Positions 22,165 to 42,829 of a stretch of DNA of 64,000 nucleotides are shown one piece after another (position 1 is the first letter of the stretch; each line of letters starts with the position of its first letter). Position numbers and translations under genes: made by a program. This DNA is from Azolla caroliniana. Its lineage: Eukaryota > Plantae > Polypodiophyta. The notes below the pieces were generated by a model. The model made no database searches. It was not told the DNA's origin and saw only the letters and a program-made list of their open reading frames with translations. The DNA lies in assembly GCA_043228905.1 (NCBI GenBank), contig JBHGNT010000006.1, positions 12,648,001-12,712,000 on the forward strand, given 5' to 3'.

Positions 22165-25100
22165 ATGGCCACGAGCACAAATACATACTCTGAACAACCC
22201 TTTTCTTCTTCTTCTTCTTCCTCTTCCTCTTCCTTCTCCTCCTCCTCCTCCTCCTCCTCCTCCTCCTCCTTCTTCTTCCTCCGTCTTCCTTCTTCTTCTT
22301 CTTCTTCCTCCTCCTCCTCCTCCTCCTCCTTCTCCTTCTTTTTCTTCTTTGTGCTGCTGGCTATGGATCCTCAATTAGCTTCTTCTGTACAAACTGTATC
22401 CCTCATAACCCCTCCTCCTCCTCCTGATCCTCCCCTCCGCCTCCTCTCCTTTCTCCAACAGATTCAAGTGTCTGCTGCATCCTCCTCCTCCTCCTCCTCC
22501 TCCTCCTCCTCCTCCAGCAGCAGCAGCAGCAATAGCAGCTATCACTCACCTTCCTCCTCCTTTGATCCCAAGACCTATGTCGATCTCCCCCTCCGCTACC
22601 CATTAAATCCAACTTCCATGGCTTTCAACGCCCTTCCTCGCTCCCCCTCTGGCAGAATTCCCCCTGGTAACTATTTCTTCTTCTTCTTCCTCTTCTTCCT
22701 AGTACATATTATTATTAGTAGTTTCTGAAGAGGAAGATCGAAACGAAATCACCTGTCTTCCCTTTGTGCCCAACACAACACATTTCATCATTGCATTGTT
22801 TCTGTCATTATTTTCACCTGCTGTTTATCTACTTTATACACATCTTCTTCTTCTTGTCTCCCCAAACACAGATCTTGTCTGTATTTCAAATACCCTTTTT
22901 TTTTTCTTTTGCGGCGCCTCCTTATTCCCATTGCAGTAGAAATTTGTCTCTTCTCCCTCTTCCACGAACTCCTCTGTCTTTCTTTTTTTTCCTCCTTTCA
23001 ATACATTCTCCTAATTCCCACACTTTGTTTTCCCTTCTTTCTTCGTTATTATTTTGGGTTCTGCCTTCCTTCGTCTCTAATTTACATTCACAGAGGTATT
23101 TCAACAGTTCATCGAGGACTACTTTGACAAGGCAGGCAGTGACCTGGTGGAGCACACACCGTCAGATTACAAGGCCGAACCAGCAGGCTTCCTGCCGGGG
23201 CTCCAGGACGCCCAGCTCCGGGTTTGGGCCCTGGAGGTGCATGCCGTGTGGCCCCGTCTTTCTCGCAGAGTCTCCGAAAGCGTGGCGGAGGAACCCGGAC
23301 AGCACACTCTCCTGCCGCTGCCCAACCCAGTCATTGTCCCTGGATCCCGTTTCAGAGAAGTCTACTACTGGGACACCTACTGGATCATCAGGTCTTTTTT
23401 CTTTACCACTTCATCTCTCCAATGGTTCTGTCTATAATATATATATATATATACACACCTCCACGTTCTATTTGTCGTAAAAATGGGTACGTGGTTGGTT
23501 TCAAGAAAGTTTCTTTGCATTATGTATGCTGATTGGGTCTTCTTCTTTTCTGGTTTCCCATTTCTGTTATGAGTACATATATGCATCAGAAAGTGATGAG
23601 GACCTACTCCGCATGCCTTTTAAACCTCACATAAGCAAATTATTAGAATCTAATGGATATGCTCTTAAAATCCACTAACTTCCTAAATTTACTTAGTTTT
23701 TACCGAAAGCCGTGCATAAGGATTGCTAGATGAGCTGTTCCCTGTATATATACATACATGCACACCCTTAAGAATCTCATGCCCAGATCATAACCTTCCA
23801 GGCACATCCACTATCCACATTAATTGGTTGATGTGTTTTCTCATAACACCCTTTTGGTAGTAGGGCCTGGAAACTGAGAATCTGGACCTGCTCTAATTCA
23901 TCATATCCCTGTAAATAATGCTCGTATATGACACTGAAGATTAACCTTCATATTTTATTTTCTTTAATTTGCAGAGGTCTCATCGTTAGTAAAATGTTTG
24001 ATACCGCGAAAGGCATGGTAGAGAATCTCCTGCACCTTGTGAAGGTATATGGATTTGTACTAAATGGAGCAAGGGCTTACTACGAGAATCGAAGGTCATG
24101 TTTTGTTCTTGTTTGCCAATTCTTGCTTGTTGATATCCTGATGCAGTGCATCAATTTCTAAGGTTTCGATGGAGTCACAATCCTCATTATCTAGTACAAA
24201 GTTCTTCTGTGTTTGACAATTACTTATGATTTAAAATTGAGGTTAATGTGACCAATGTGAGTATTTTAATTGTTGGAGTTTGGTCACAATTTCTCACAAT
24301 GATCCTAAGAAATTGCACAAGTAAACTCCAAAGAGTGAGATAATATGAAAATGCTCTCTGCTTCTAAACTTTTGGAAAGTGGTCACGAACTCATTCTAAA
24401 TTAATTATATAGAATCTCAACGTTCACTATTCTGTAATAGATCTTGTGTGTAAAAAGAGTGAGCACAGACACCACAACCAGCTTTTTCACATTTTCCTGT
24501 GATTCAAGTAAACTTTTTTAAAATTAACGAAAATGTTCAAGCTTGACATGCGTGAAATCTCCATACAAGCTTCAATCATTACTAATGATTTAATTTATTC
24601 TGGTAAACTTCCTAAGGTATCTTTGCTGAAATGCTAACTTGATTTGCAGTCAGCCGCCTCTTCTTAGTGCCATGGTTCGGGAAGTCTATTCTGCGACCAA
24701 TGATTCTCGATTATTAGAGAAAGCCTTGCCTTTACTCATTCGGGAGCACAAGTATTGGACTTCAGGTTAGAGTGTTTTGTTTTGTCTTTCAAAGGATGGA
24801 AATTCTAAGACTCGTGTATCTGAGCATGGTATCCTTGTTTCACAGATCCAAAACAGGTCACTATTGTAGATGGAGAAGGGCACAAGCATTTTCTTAGCAG
24901 GTATTTTGCAGGTTGGAGAGCACCACGCCCAGAATCTTTCACCATAGTAAGTGCTTCGGTGAAAGATGGAGACAGAGATTTGTTTGTTACAACACTTGAC
25001 AGAATTCCTAGAATTGAGGAACTTCTTTTCCTTGCTTCCAGGACATGGATGTGGCAAAAAGTGTCTCAAAAAGTAAACGAGAAGATCTTTATCATGATAT

Positions 25101-27225
25101 TGCTACAGCTGCTGAAAGTGGTTGGGATTTCGGTTCACGTTGGATGAGGTTTGCTTTGTCCTTTGTCAGCATCTCAAAGTATATATTCTAGTATTTGTCG
25201 TTGTTGAAGTATTGTTGTTTGAACAACAGAGATCAGCAGAACCTTAGGACATTGTTCACTTCCTCCATCGTACCAGCAGATTTGAATTCCTTTTTATTCC
25301 AGGTGGGGAAGCAATTGCTCTCAGTGAAAACTAATAAAATTCTAGTTTGAAACTGGTTGACTCATGCACTAGATGATTTTCTCACATTACTGATCCTGGC
25401 TGTCATATTGTTATGATTGCTTGCACCTTTCTCCACTTGCTCACTGCCTAAACTACGGCTGCCTCTATTAAAAATCTCTGCAGAGATATTCATTGCCGAG
25501 GAGGATACACAACAAATCCACTCAAGCTTGATATCTTAGATGCTGAATTTTATGAGTAGCCCTTAGAATGGATCTTTCTATACTAAGGGGTGTTAACCTT
25601 GATTGTGGAATTCTCCTTGGCTAGCTTTGGAGAAAGGTGAGGAGCATTTGGTGAACTGCAAATCTGTCAATAGTTTCAATTGTTTCTATTAGATATGAGA
25701 TGCCATTAATTCCTAATTGCCAATCAATACTTATATCATCTGCTTTTTACTATTGTGTGCTTTTCAACTTTAAGAGCAGATGGAAAACAATATTGCATTC
25801 ATAGCAAAAACGCTAGGGATTCATGCCACTGCCAAGAAGTTTGCAAATGCAGCCAGAGCACGGAAACGGGCAATACAATCAATTCTTTGGAATGAAAAGA
25901 TGGGGCAATGGCTTGACTATATTCTTGATCCTGAGGAGTGTCAGATCTGTGACAATGAAGTACGATCAAATTAAATTCTTTCTATATTATGCCTCACTTG
26001 GATTGCTGTTGCGTATGTCTCTTTGCATGCAAGACTCTTAAGGATAACACCCTTTCATGGTGTTGCTTGCAGAAAGTTTATAATTGGAATGAAGAGGATC
26101 AACATAAGATTATAAGCGCCTCTAATTTCTTGCCACTTTGGACTGGCATTTTGAGTGCAGGTATACATAAAACATATGGGATCATATGTAACATGCATGT
26201 TTACTATGAAAACAAATGTTGCATGTGATCATCATCCATGATTTATTCTGGAGTCATCTTGTTAGTTGCAGTGCCCTCTTCTTATCCATATTTTGTCTGC
26301 ATCAGTTCATTCCGATGAATGCCAATTTAAACCTTTTCCCTTGCTTTCAATGTTCAGATGACTCAAATATGATGAAAATAATAGATGCATTGACTCACTC
26401 TGGGCTTCTTTGTCGTGCTGGAATTGCAACATCACTTAGGGAGACTGGACAACAATGGTGAGGTTTACCTTTTCTTTCACACAACTAAAAAATAAACCAG
26501 AATCCTTATCTAGGGATGGAGTTCTCTGTAAGTTTTGGGATTGAAATGCAATAACTATGATTGTTTCCAAACGAATGTTCCATGGAACTAAAAATATAAA
26601 ATGACTAATGATAGAGCTATGAAAAATCCACTGTTCCAAATTTAGAAATCCATTTTACATAATTGTGCAGGGACTTTCCGAATGCATGGCCTCCATTGCA
26701 GCACATGATCATAGAAGGCTTAATGTTGTATGGCTCTAATGAAGGTAAAGCCTTGGCTAAGGTCATAGCGCAAAGGTGGATAGAAACCAACTTTGTGGTT
26801 TACAGTGAAACTAGTCATATGTTGGAGAAGTATGATGCAACTGTATGTGGGGGAACAGGTGGAGGGGGAGAATACCAGCTACAGGTAAATGCTTTTCCTT
26901 TTATGATGATTGATTCAGCTTTTAAAATGGCAGTTTTAGATCTTTGATATCAAAAGCTTATACTGTGTGCTCCTATGTTTGAGGGGATAGACTGGATTTG
27001 GATGGAGTAATGGTGTGGTTCTCTGCCTACTTAATGACTTTGGGCCTTCTTTGAGGGTCTCATCGGTTTGTGCTGTAGATGGCTCTTTACGAGGTATTTT
27101 CCTTATTCAATTATCTCCGAATCATGGTGCATAGATGACAACTTTAAAATGTGCTAACTCTTGTTTAAGGATAATAGTTTCATTGTTGCTGTGCAGGTCC
27201 TTCAAGCGATTTGTGCAGAGGCTAA
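22165..27225 (+). CDS. TRE1: Trehalase (alpha,alpha-trehalase, glycoside hydrolase family 37), 13 exons
   Basis: Exons 22165-22666, 23094-23391, 23975-24094, 24650-24765, 24846-24946, 25042-25148, 25230-25302, 25780-25959, 26073-26160, 26358-26457, 26671-26884, 26991-27093 and 27197-27225; all GT-AG and in frame. Motifs FDPKTYVD, PGSRFREVYYWDTYW, NRSQPPLL, PRPESF, AESGWDF, QQWDFPNAWPP, EKYD..GGGGEY and GFGWSNG. The last exon and the start codon are less certain. Confidence 0.93.
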
Positions 27226-30200
27226 CTGAAGGATTTATTTTACCTATATCTACATTGAACACTATTTATTACCTTACTCTCTTATAGACATACTTATAGA
27301 CAGGAAAAATATAGAATCCAGAATAACATGGAGCAAGCAGTTATGTACTTTTTATTTTGTGTTGAAAGCTACATTTTTGCTGTAAATGCTCATTTTTAAA
27401 GCTTATTAAATAAACCTGTCTCTATCCCACACAGGTCAAGAGGTCTAATTGATGATGAATATGTACTTAATGACAGTTTTTTAGGTCCCTTTTGTTCATT
27501 ACCTTGTCATCTGATCAGAAACTTTTGTATTGCCTTTCCTTAAAAACCTGTTATGGCACGATTTCTCTGATGTGATAATTTGATACCATACCATACCTGT
27601 ATACTTATAGCATGTTTTCTTGTGGAGTGAAATCACATGTATTAAGAGAATAATGTAGAAGACAGTAAGCTGGATCAAATAGAAATGGTTGTACACTTTT
27701 GATGGTGGACTAAGTGGTAACCGTTCATGACACACTTACTGCACTACTCTACTTGTCTGGCACAACTCTACCAATATAGCCAGGCGACAAAATTTTCCTT
27801 ATTTTTCTTACGTTAGTACATTATACAAGTGATAACTTTAAAATGATCTGTTATTTTATATATCATATAAAATAACGTATATCATACTTTTGTTAGTCTT
27901 ATTTTTGTGCCCTAAGCGAAGTGGAGTTGTGGAGCGTAGAGTCTACACCAATTTGCGTGCCTAGGTTCTTTTGTTTACCTTGGATCTGATGCATCATATC
28001 TCACGTGCATATTTATCGTGCTAAGTTTGAATAATCGGGTGGATCTGCACAGTTATGTATGAATTATTTGTACTTTTTATATTATTATTGCTCTAAACAA
28101 AAGGCGTAGATCATGGAGATGACCCCAATTTGCAGCCCTCACTTCTTCAGTTTGTGCCCTAAGCAAAGCTATGGGGCACAAAGGATAACCCGATTTGCTC
28201 GCCCCACTTCTTCAGTTTTGGTTAGATATAATGCATGATATCGTTTATATATTAATCGAATTAAGTTCTAATAAAAAAGTGGGTCTGCATGATTATGCAT
28301 GAACTAATTGCCATTTTTATATCTAAAAATGCCATGTTGGCGTCTGTTCTTCAAGAATTTGTTAGGCTAACTAAAGTGGGAATTTCTAAAATTGCTCTAT
28401 ATTTATTGGCTTCTGTTCATTTATATTCTGTCTTGGTACAACAAATGACAAATTAAACGGTTCAATTATCTTCTAGTAACTGTGCATTACCTGAGCAATC
28501 AAGCAAAGTTACTTTCGCCAAAATTAAAATGTAACATATTGGAACTAGAAGAGGGTAGAAGTTTAGGAAAAGCTCAAATGCTAGAAAGAGAAATACCTAT
28601 GTTGAAGGGGCATATCTGTTGCTACAACATCCAAACCAGGAGCATTTTTTCATTGCCGTTGTGAAGGAAAGTAGGGATGACGGAAGATTACTATACTGAA
28701 ATAGAGCAGCTATCTAGCAATCATGTGATTGATACGTTGCAACAACTAAAGTTAACTTGGGACAGGGCAGCACATTCCACGCAAAGGGAAAGGAGTTTTG
28801 CATCACAAATCACTCCACAATCGAAAATTAAATTAAAAGTTAGAACTTAGGACGCCGCCTTTTCTCTTTGGTCTGTTACCAATTATAGAAGTGATTTAAG
28901 CCTGAGCATCCTGAAGCTTACGCATATTAAGCCTGATCTTCATCCTCATTGAGCCTAAATTTCATCCTCATATTGAAGCTTACGCACATGATTGTCAGGC
29001 TTCCCTTTTCTCTCAATTTTACCTTTAACATAGGTAATCAATCCTACCGTCAAAGAACATATCCCACAATGGAACACCTTTTAAGTTCTACAAAGAAACT
29101 TATTTCTTTATCAAATAATCCTCACTGACAGCAATGAACCCCATACCAATTGTTTTGCAAGTTACCGTTGAATTGCCACAGCAAAAGTTCTGAATCAGCT
29201 GAAATATTGAAATACAATACTTCATTATTTCTGGTCTCAATTTTACGTAAAATATCCCTGGCACTTTTCTTTCAATGAAAAGCAAATCCTTAAAACGTCA
29301 TGTAATTATAAAATGCATATTCTAATATTAAAAAAATGTGTACACATGTAAGAGAAAGAAAATCGATATGAAGATCAATCGAACAAAGTTCAATACATGT
29401 CAAGCAATTATGAATTTTGACTCATTACTCTATATTCAATTATAGACATCAATTACTCATTACTCGTTACTCTATTTTGACTCATTTCTTTGTCTATGTT
29501 CCAGATTCTGAACAATTTGCCAATTTCCCCATACATCAATCGTGTTTTAGTTGATCTTTCATTTCCGATCTATGACAGAAATTCGGATGAGGGAGAACTC
29601 CAAGGAAGCAATAAATTGGGCAAATCCCATAATTTTCAGGCTGATATAATAACGTATCTATGGTACAGCACTCCTTATGCAATTTTCAGGCTGATACCTC
29701 AGAAGGCTGCATGCTTCTATCGATATATATATATATATATGAATTACATCACCACCATATTCGAAAGCCATGTCACGTTTCTTAAGGTCACAAACCCAAC
29801 CTAAAGAAAGAAACTTGGGGAGCTTCAAGCTTTTAGAAGAACTCTAAATGGTCTCTTCCTGATCAATGTGGGCATTTAAGAACTTTTCTACACATCATCA
29901 TGCAAACCGTATCTAAATGTCACAAACCCAACCTAAAGAAAGAAACTTCAGCACCTGCAAGCTTTTGAGAGAATTCTTTGGTCTGGTCCTGATAAATTAT
30001 GTGGCATTTAAAAACTTTTTCTACAATCTATCATGCAAACCATTTCAAAAGGTCACAAATCCAACCTATTAAAGAGAGAAACTTGCTTTGTGGTTGTCCT
30101 ATCTCCCATGCTGCCTGACGCATAGTAGTGACTTTCAGATATATGGATTTTAGAGTACGAAATTCTCCTGGTCTCCATTCAATATGTAGGAGAAGAACTG

Positions 30201-31069
30201 AGCATGAAATTGTGCTCTTTATCCCATGGCAAGATATCAGCATAGAAACATATTTTGTGTTTCTCAATCTCATTCCAAGCGCTGGCTGAAATAAGCCCCG
30301 GATGTCAAAGAAAGAAAGATATATTAATGTCTATTAGAGGCTGAAATCGACCTATGAGACAAACCATGATTACAAATTTTGTATGAACTCAAGTTATTCA
30401 TACTGAATAAAAAATAAAAGCTCTAGGTTTTCTAAAGATTCCTAATACTGATCTTAATGCATTCTGCCAAATGATGCTAGAGAGACATTTTACAAGGCTT
30501 AGCACATTTAGTCTATAACTGATGCATATGGGATTAGTAATGGTGCGGTGACATGGTATCCCAAGTTGGTTGTGGAGTGGCACTCTCTACATTCAGAACA
30601 TGGTAATGATCTTGATGCATGGGGTGGGGTCGAATGATACTTTCGTCTAGACAATTTTGCATGCATGAAGTATATGATGATATCATCTAGTGTTGGTTGG
30701 TATGACCCATGTGCTTTTGCATCCCAGCATTGAGGAGGGTCTTTGTTGTTATCATTGACATTTTTCTGCTTACTTGATTGTGAGTGCTTAACATGGCAAT
30801 GGAGTGGGTGTAACCATATGGGATCTACTGCAATGATGTCTATTGACCTTGCATCCAATTGGTAATATAGGACTTGATTCCATCTGTTGAATGATGGCCA
30901 AGTTGGCAAAGAGGGTGTCAAATTGTGGCTGAGCAGCTGACACAACCTGTTCTCTCTTCCACACTCTCCATTTCCATTTGCTGTCTACTCATGCTCACTC
31001 ACCTCATCAAGTTGTCATTCTTTTCGCCACAATTTTTTTTTTTGTACTAACGTAGAAGCAGAGTAACAC

Positions 31070-31540
31070 TCGGCAATGGTTCGGTTTGAACCGAGCCGAG
31101 CCGAACCGCGAAACCATGGCTTCATGGTTTTAAACCGTTTGGTTTGGTTCTAAGTTCAGGTTTTTTTAAACGGTTTCGTTTAGTTTCAACAACTCGAAAC
31201 TACGATTTAAACACTTTAACAAAAAAAAAGATTTACTTTAGTTTTAAAATTTCTTTAAAGATTTCATTTATTTTTAAAATTACATTTGAGCAATCTTTTC
31301 GTTTCTAAGCCTTACTCTCACATTTTAGGAAAATCTTTAAAATTTTGAAAATTTAAAATTGAATTTTGACCTAAGTTGAAAACCGAAATTGAACCATGAA
31401 ACCGCAGTTTTAATGTTTGGAAAAATTGTAACAGTTCGGTTTAATGGTTTCTTGGTTTGGTTTATGTTTCAAAATGTTTTAACGGTTCGGTTTTGACACT
31501 CTCAAACCGAACCGAACCGAAACACGAAAGTGGCTATTGG
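31070..31540. mobile_element. MITE-like remnant with clustered AACCG/CGGTT motifs at both ends and an AT-rich core (hAT-like)
   Basis: GGTTCGGTTT..AACCGAACCG arrays at 31078-31200 and 31380-31520; exact TIR/TSD not resolved. Confidence 0.5.
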
Positions 31541-31544
31541 CGGT

Positions 31545-32608
31545 TCTGTCCGAAGTGGCTACAGTCCATTGACTTAGCCGAGTTGGACATGAGTATGCTG
31601 ATTGATTAGCCGATTGGATTTCAGATGACAGTTGGGTACTAAACTTGCTCGGAGTGACTACAACGATTGGAGGGACAAAGCCGACTAGTCTTTCCGAATG
31701 TTGCCTAATCGAATTGAGCACAATTAACTGTCAATTTGAATCCGTTTACTGATTTCAATGGTCAATTATAGATTTAGGTTCCTTTGTGTTGTTTTCTAGG
31801 TCAATCCTACTTCGGGTGGCTACAACAACGAGAGGAACAAATCCGATTGGTCTTTCCGAATGTCGTCTAGCCGAATGAAGCATAGAAGGGGGTTGTTCCT
31901 AGGGTGGACTTTGCTTCGAGTTGTTACGACAAGCAAGTGAACAACATCGAATAACCTATTCAATTGTTGCCTAACTGGATGAAGCACAAGTATGGACGTC
32001 ATATTTGGAATTCCACTTCGAGCGGTTACAATCACAGAGACAAAGAGTAGCTGGTTGGCTTACTCTAGAGGTGATTTAACACAATGAAGTGCAGACCTGC
32101 GGTTGTTTCTTATAAGGAGAATATGATCTTGTGAGAGTTACTTGACTGAAGATTTCAGCTGGGTTGAAATCTTAGAATCTATTATATGAAGGTGAAGTTG
32201 ATAGGAAGATCTTCAAGGGTTGCCAAAAGATGAGATGTTGATGAAGACAGGAAGACGACTGTCAACAAAATACAAGAACACCAAGCTCTGATACCAGATG
32301 TTGGAACCAACCGTCAAGTGCGGAACAAGAATCAACATTCTTCTTATGAAGACCTCAAGTAGATAACAAATAGTAATTGTAGATTCCAGTTGTAAAAGAA
32401 ACTTAATCAGAGACAAGATCAACGAGAAGACAAGGAGAAGAGAAACACCAAAGTAGGCAAAAGCCAATGTAACCGTATTATTCTGCTCTTAAAGTTACAA
32501 AGGCACAATATACAAAAATGAACAACAACAACAACCAAAACTAGGTTACAAGAGTGAGTTTAAATACCAACTGACTTAGGGCAACTGCCCTTTCCACTAT
32601 TTACATAA
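31545..32608 (-). mobile_element. LTR retrotransposon remnant G (perfect tRNA-iMet PBS plus LTR end)
   Basis: TGGTATCAGAGC on - at 32285-32296, next to an LTR starting TGTTGG at 32299. Confidence 0.65.
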
Positions 32609-33149
32609 TGTTACAAAATGGACCGTAGATAGACAAGAAAGATAGGCTGAAAATGTACAAAATAGAAAACAACAAGTCGATAGAGAATACACAGTACACA
32701 GGTTTTATGTGGAAAACCCTAAATAGGGGCCACGGTCAACAGATCTTCACTATGAACAAAGATACACAAAGGAAAAACAAATTTACAAATCTCTGTAAAT
32801 CAGAGAATACCCACTTAGGGTTTTGGCCAGTTCCACTAAACTATGCCTCTCTCTCGTGCACCCTCGCGTCTCTTCCTACCCTCTACTACTCTCACTTCTG
32901 CTCTCTACTACAAAACCTCTATATGCATCATTACTGATAAGTTTTCCCTAGCTATTCCTATTTATAGGAGAGGTATTTTATTATAATAATAATAATAATA
33001 ATTAATCAGCCCGCCTGACTTGTCGGCCTTGTCTTCGACCTGGGGCATCCATCCAATGTAGTCGAAATTAATAGTCAACTCTCTATTCGACTGTCGACTT
33101 CTCCCATTTGGACAATGTGAATATGTCCATTAGAAACCCGTATTCGACA
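32609..33149 (-). repeat. Copia-type LTR H (left copy); partly duplicated at 40267-40735
   Basis: TG...CA; GTGGAAAACCCT motif and minus-strand TATA shared with K-family LTRs; about 98% identical to the second copy. Confidence 0.7.
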
Positions 33150-33160
33150 TTGTTGCCATC

Positions 33161-40265
<7,105 letters not shown>

Positions 40266-40266
40266 A

Positions 40267-40735
40267 AGAATACACAGTACACAGGTTTTATGTGGAAAAC
40301 CCTAAATAGGGGCCACAGTCAACAGATCTTCACTATGAACAAAGATACACAAAGGAAAATCAAATTTACAAATCTCTGTAAATCAGAGAATACCCACTTA
40401 GGGTTTTGGCTAGTTCCACTAAACTATGCCTCTCTCTCGTGCACTCTCGCGTCTCTTCCTACCCTCTACTACTCTCACTTCTGCTCTCTACTACAAAACC
40501 TCTATATGCATCATTACTAATAAGTTTTCCCTAGCTATTCCTATTTATAGGAGAGGTATGTTATAATAATAATAATAATAATAATAATTAATCAGCCCGC
40601 TTGACTTTTCGGCCTTGTCTTCTACCTGGGGCATCCATCCAATGTAGTCGAAATTAATAGTCAACTCTCTATTCGACTGTCGACTTCTCCCATTTGGACA
40701 ATGTGAATATGTCCATTAGAAACCTGTATTCGACA
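40267..40735 (-). repeat. Duplicated segment of LTR H (right copy)
   Basis: Direct repeat of 32684-33149 with about 10 differences. Confidence 0.85.
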
Positions 40736-40746
40736 CTGTTGCCATC

Positions 40747-41240
40747 CAATGCGGCTACAACTTCCCCATATGAGCTGGGTTTGCTTGCATCCGTGTAATG
40801 GACGTAGTTGGGGCCCTGTAGGTAAAACTTTGCCAGCCTTTGGACTCGTCTGGATCTCTTGGGTGCCGATTTGTTGGTTCAGATTTTTCAATTGGTTATG
40901 GTGTCCAATCAGTATTTACTTGAACCATCTTTAGGAGTCCATCTGGATGATCCGCTCTGTCATGGACACACCAACCCTAGACTATGACAAAGCACAGATG
41001 ACGAGGCTATGGATGATAAGGTTATGAACATGGAACTTGACGTAATGGGGATAGAAACTTGGGATGTTGAGAGCAACGAGATGAGGAACTTAAGATGCTA
41101 GGAACAATACAAGAGCATAAAGACAAAGATGTAAATCAAGGAGAGAAGATGGGTCGAAATGATAATACTAGATTGATGTGTCAATGACTGGTGTTGAATC
41201 CCTTGAAAGGGACCAAGAAGGTTAGAAGTAGGGTGAAAGC
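40747..41240 (-). mobile_element. Degenerate chromovirus-like LTR/leader remnant
   Basis: R-region motif TTCAACACCAGTC on - at ~41187-41199, as in the A-D LTRs. Confidence 0.4.
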
Positions 41241-41981
41241 ACACTACGGTGTACCAACTTTTGGCCAAAACTTTAGTACTAATTCCATGTGGAGGAAAAA
41301 CTTAAAAATGTAAAAATAAATCCAATATTTGGGTTTAAAAAGTTGATCACTTGTCTTAAAACTAAAAGTCACATTCAATGAAAATAGATTTCAAATATGA
41401 ATAAACATCACTTGTGTTAAAATCCTAGGTAATGTTGTAAGGAGGTCAAATTAACTATATAAGAACTTGAGTTATCAGTCAATCATCAATCATGAAGATA
41501 GTCTGCCTGTCTCTCTTCCACTCTGTCTCTCTTGGCAAATAACATGTTTATCTCGAATTGTTAGTCTCTCTCTCTCTCTTTACACTTGGTAATTCCCAAG
41601 GGTTCCTACCTCCTCTCTCTCGCACTCTTTCCTTCCCCGTTTTACTCGTTTATTCACTACGTTCGTACCCCCTCCCTCCCTCTCTCTTTCAACTTCTGCA
41701 CATGTTTCTCCACGTTCTCTGCTCACCCTGCAAACCCTAAACCCATTCCCTGCTTGTCGTGTCCTCTTTGCAACAACAATACGCTCAGGTGTTGTACTGT
41801 GTCCTCACTGCGTCGACATCAGGTCTTCAACTGTGTCCTCATCGTGTCCTCTTTCTTAGGTATTCTCTCTCTCAACCATTGTACTGTGTCCTCGTTACAT
41901 CAAGCTTTCCTCTGCTGGCCGCGTTCTCTCTCTCAAGCGTTCTCTGAAGTGTGTCATGAACATATACCAAAACTCCAAGAC

Positions 41982-42045
41982 TGGTGATAAGGATTCGAAC
42001 CCATGACCTCCTCAAAGATAATGTGTAGCTTCAACCACTAAGATA
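41982..42045 (-). promoter_or_regulatory. tRNA-like Pol III A/B-box module in LTR D
   Basis: On -: TATCTTAGTGGTTGAAG..GAGGTCATGGGTTCGAATCCTTATCACCA. Second copy at 52250-52313. Confidence 0.78.
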
Positions 42046-42829
42046 CATCATATTACATTTATTAAATTGTAAATTCTTATATTAGATCATGAAGAAATAT
42101 ATCGAATAACGTTGTCACCGCATAGGCAAACACATGATTACCAAGTGACAACAAGCATTACAAGCACCGAATTCGATAAAAGAACCCAAGATAAGTCTCC
42201 CGTCGAAGTTTGATGGTACTCGATCACAATTTCGAGGATTTCTAAATCAAGTACGTCTAGTATTTCAAATGCATCCCACTAGATATCCAACAGATTCGGC
42301 ACGCGTAGGGTTGGTCGGAACTCTATTAACTGGTACAACATTGGCTTGGTTTGTGCCGTTACTTGAGAAAAAGTTCCCTATTTTGGATAATTTTGATGAG
42401 TTTATTAAAGAGTTCCAAGCTTGTTTTGGAGATACTGATAGCATGAGAACAACTATTAATAAGATTCGAAGGTTGCGACAAGGGGATCGCCTAGTCTCAG
42501 CCTATGCGGCTGATTTTCGCCTTCTTGCATGTGACATTCCTTGGGACGAAGGGGCATTGATGGACCAATTTCGTCACGGACTTCGTAATGATGTGAAAGA
42601 CTTGCTTCTCACTTTTCATGAAGATAAAAAATCTCTTACTTAGGCGATTAGTCGAGATGTATGATGTGACAATCGATTATTCGAGTGACGCTCTGAGCGT
42701 CAACAATGGTCTCGACCTCGATTAGAGCAGACATATGCATCGGTAACATCACTACCTACATCTGGAACTATGCATGTTCCTATATCTAGCCCAATAAGTG
42801 GTCCTACTCTAATGGAAATTGATTCTACA

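Noticed and set aside
27400-31000. Short ORFs (e.g. 30508-30945) and diverged duplications at ~27900-28320 and ~29770-30070
   Set aside because: No recognisable domains or splice-consistent structure; appears to be ordinary decayed intergenic DNA.
41242-41251. CACTA transposon terminus (CACTACGGTG)
   Set aside because: No matching TAGTG end found, and the transposase motifs are not CACTA-type.
41982-42052. Functional tRNA genes in the LTRs
   Set aside because: Acceptor and anticodon stems do not pair; only the A/B boxes, partial D/T arms and spacing remain, so these are called tRNA-like modules.
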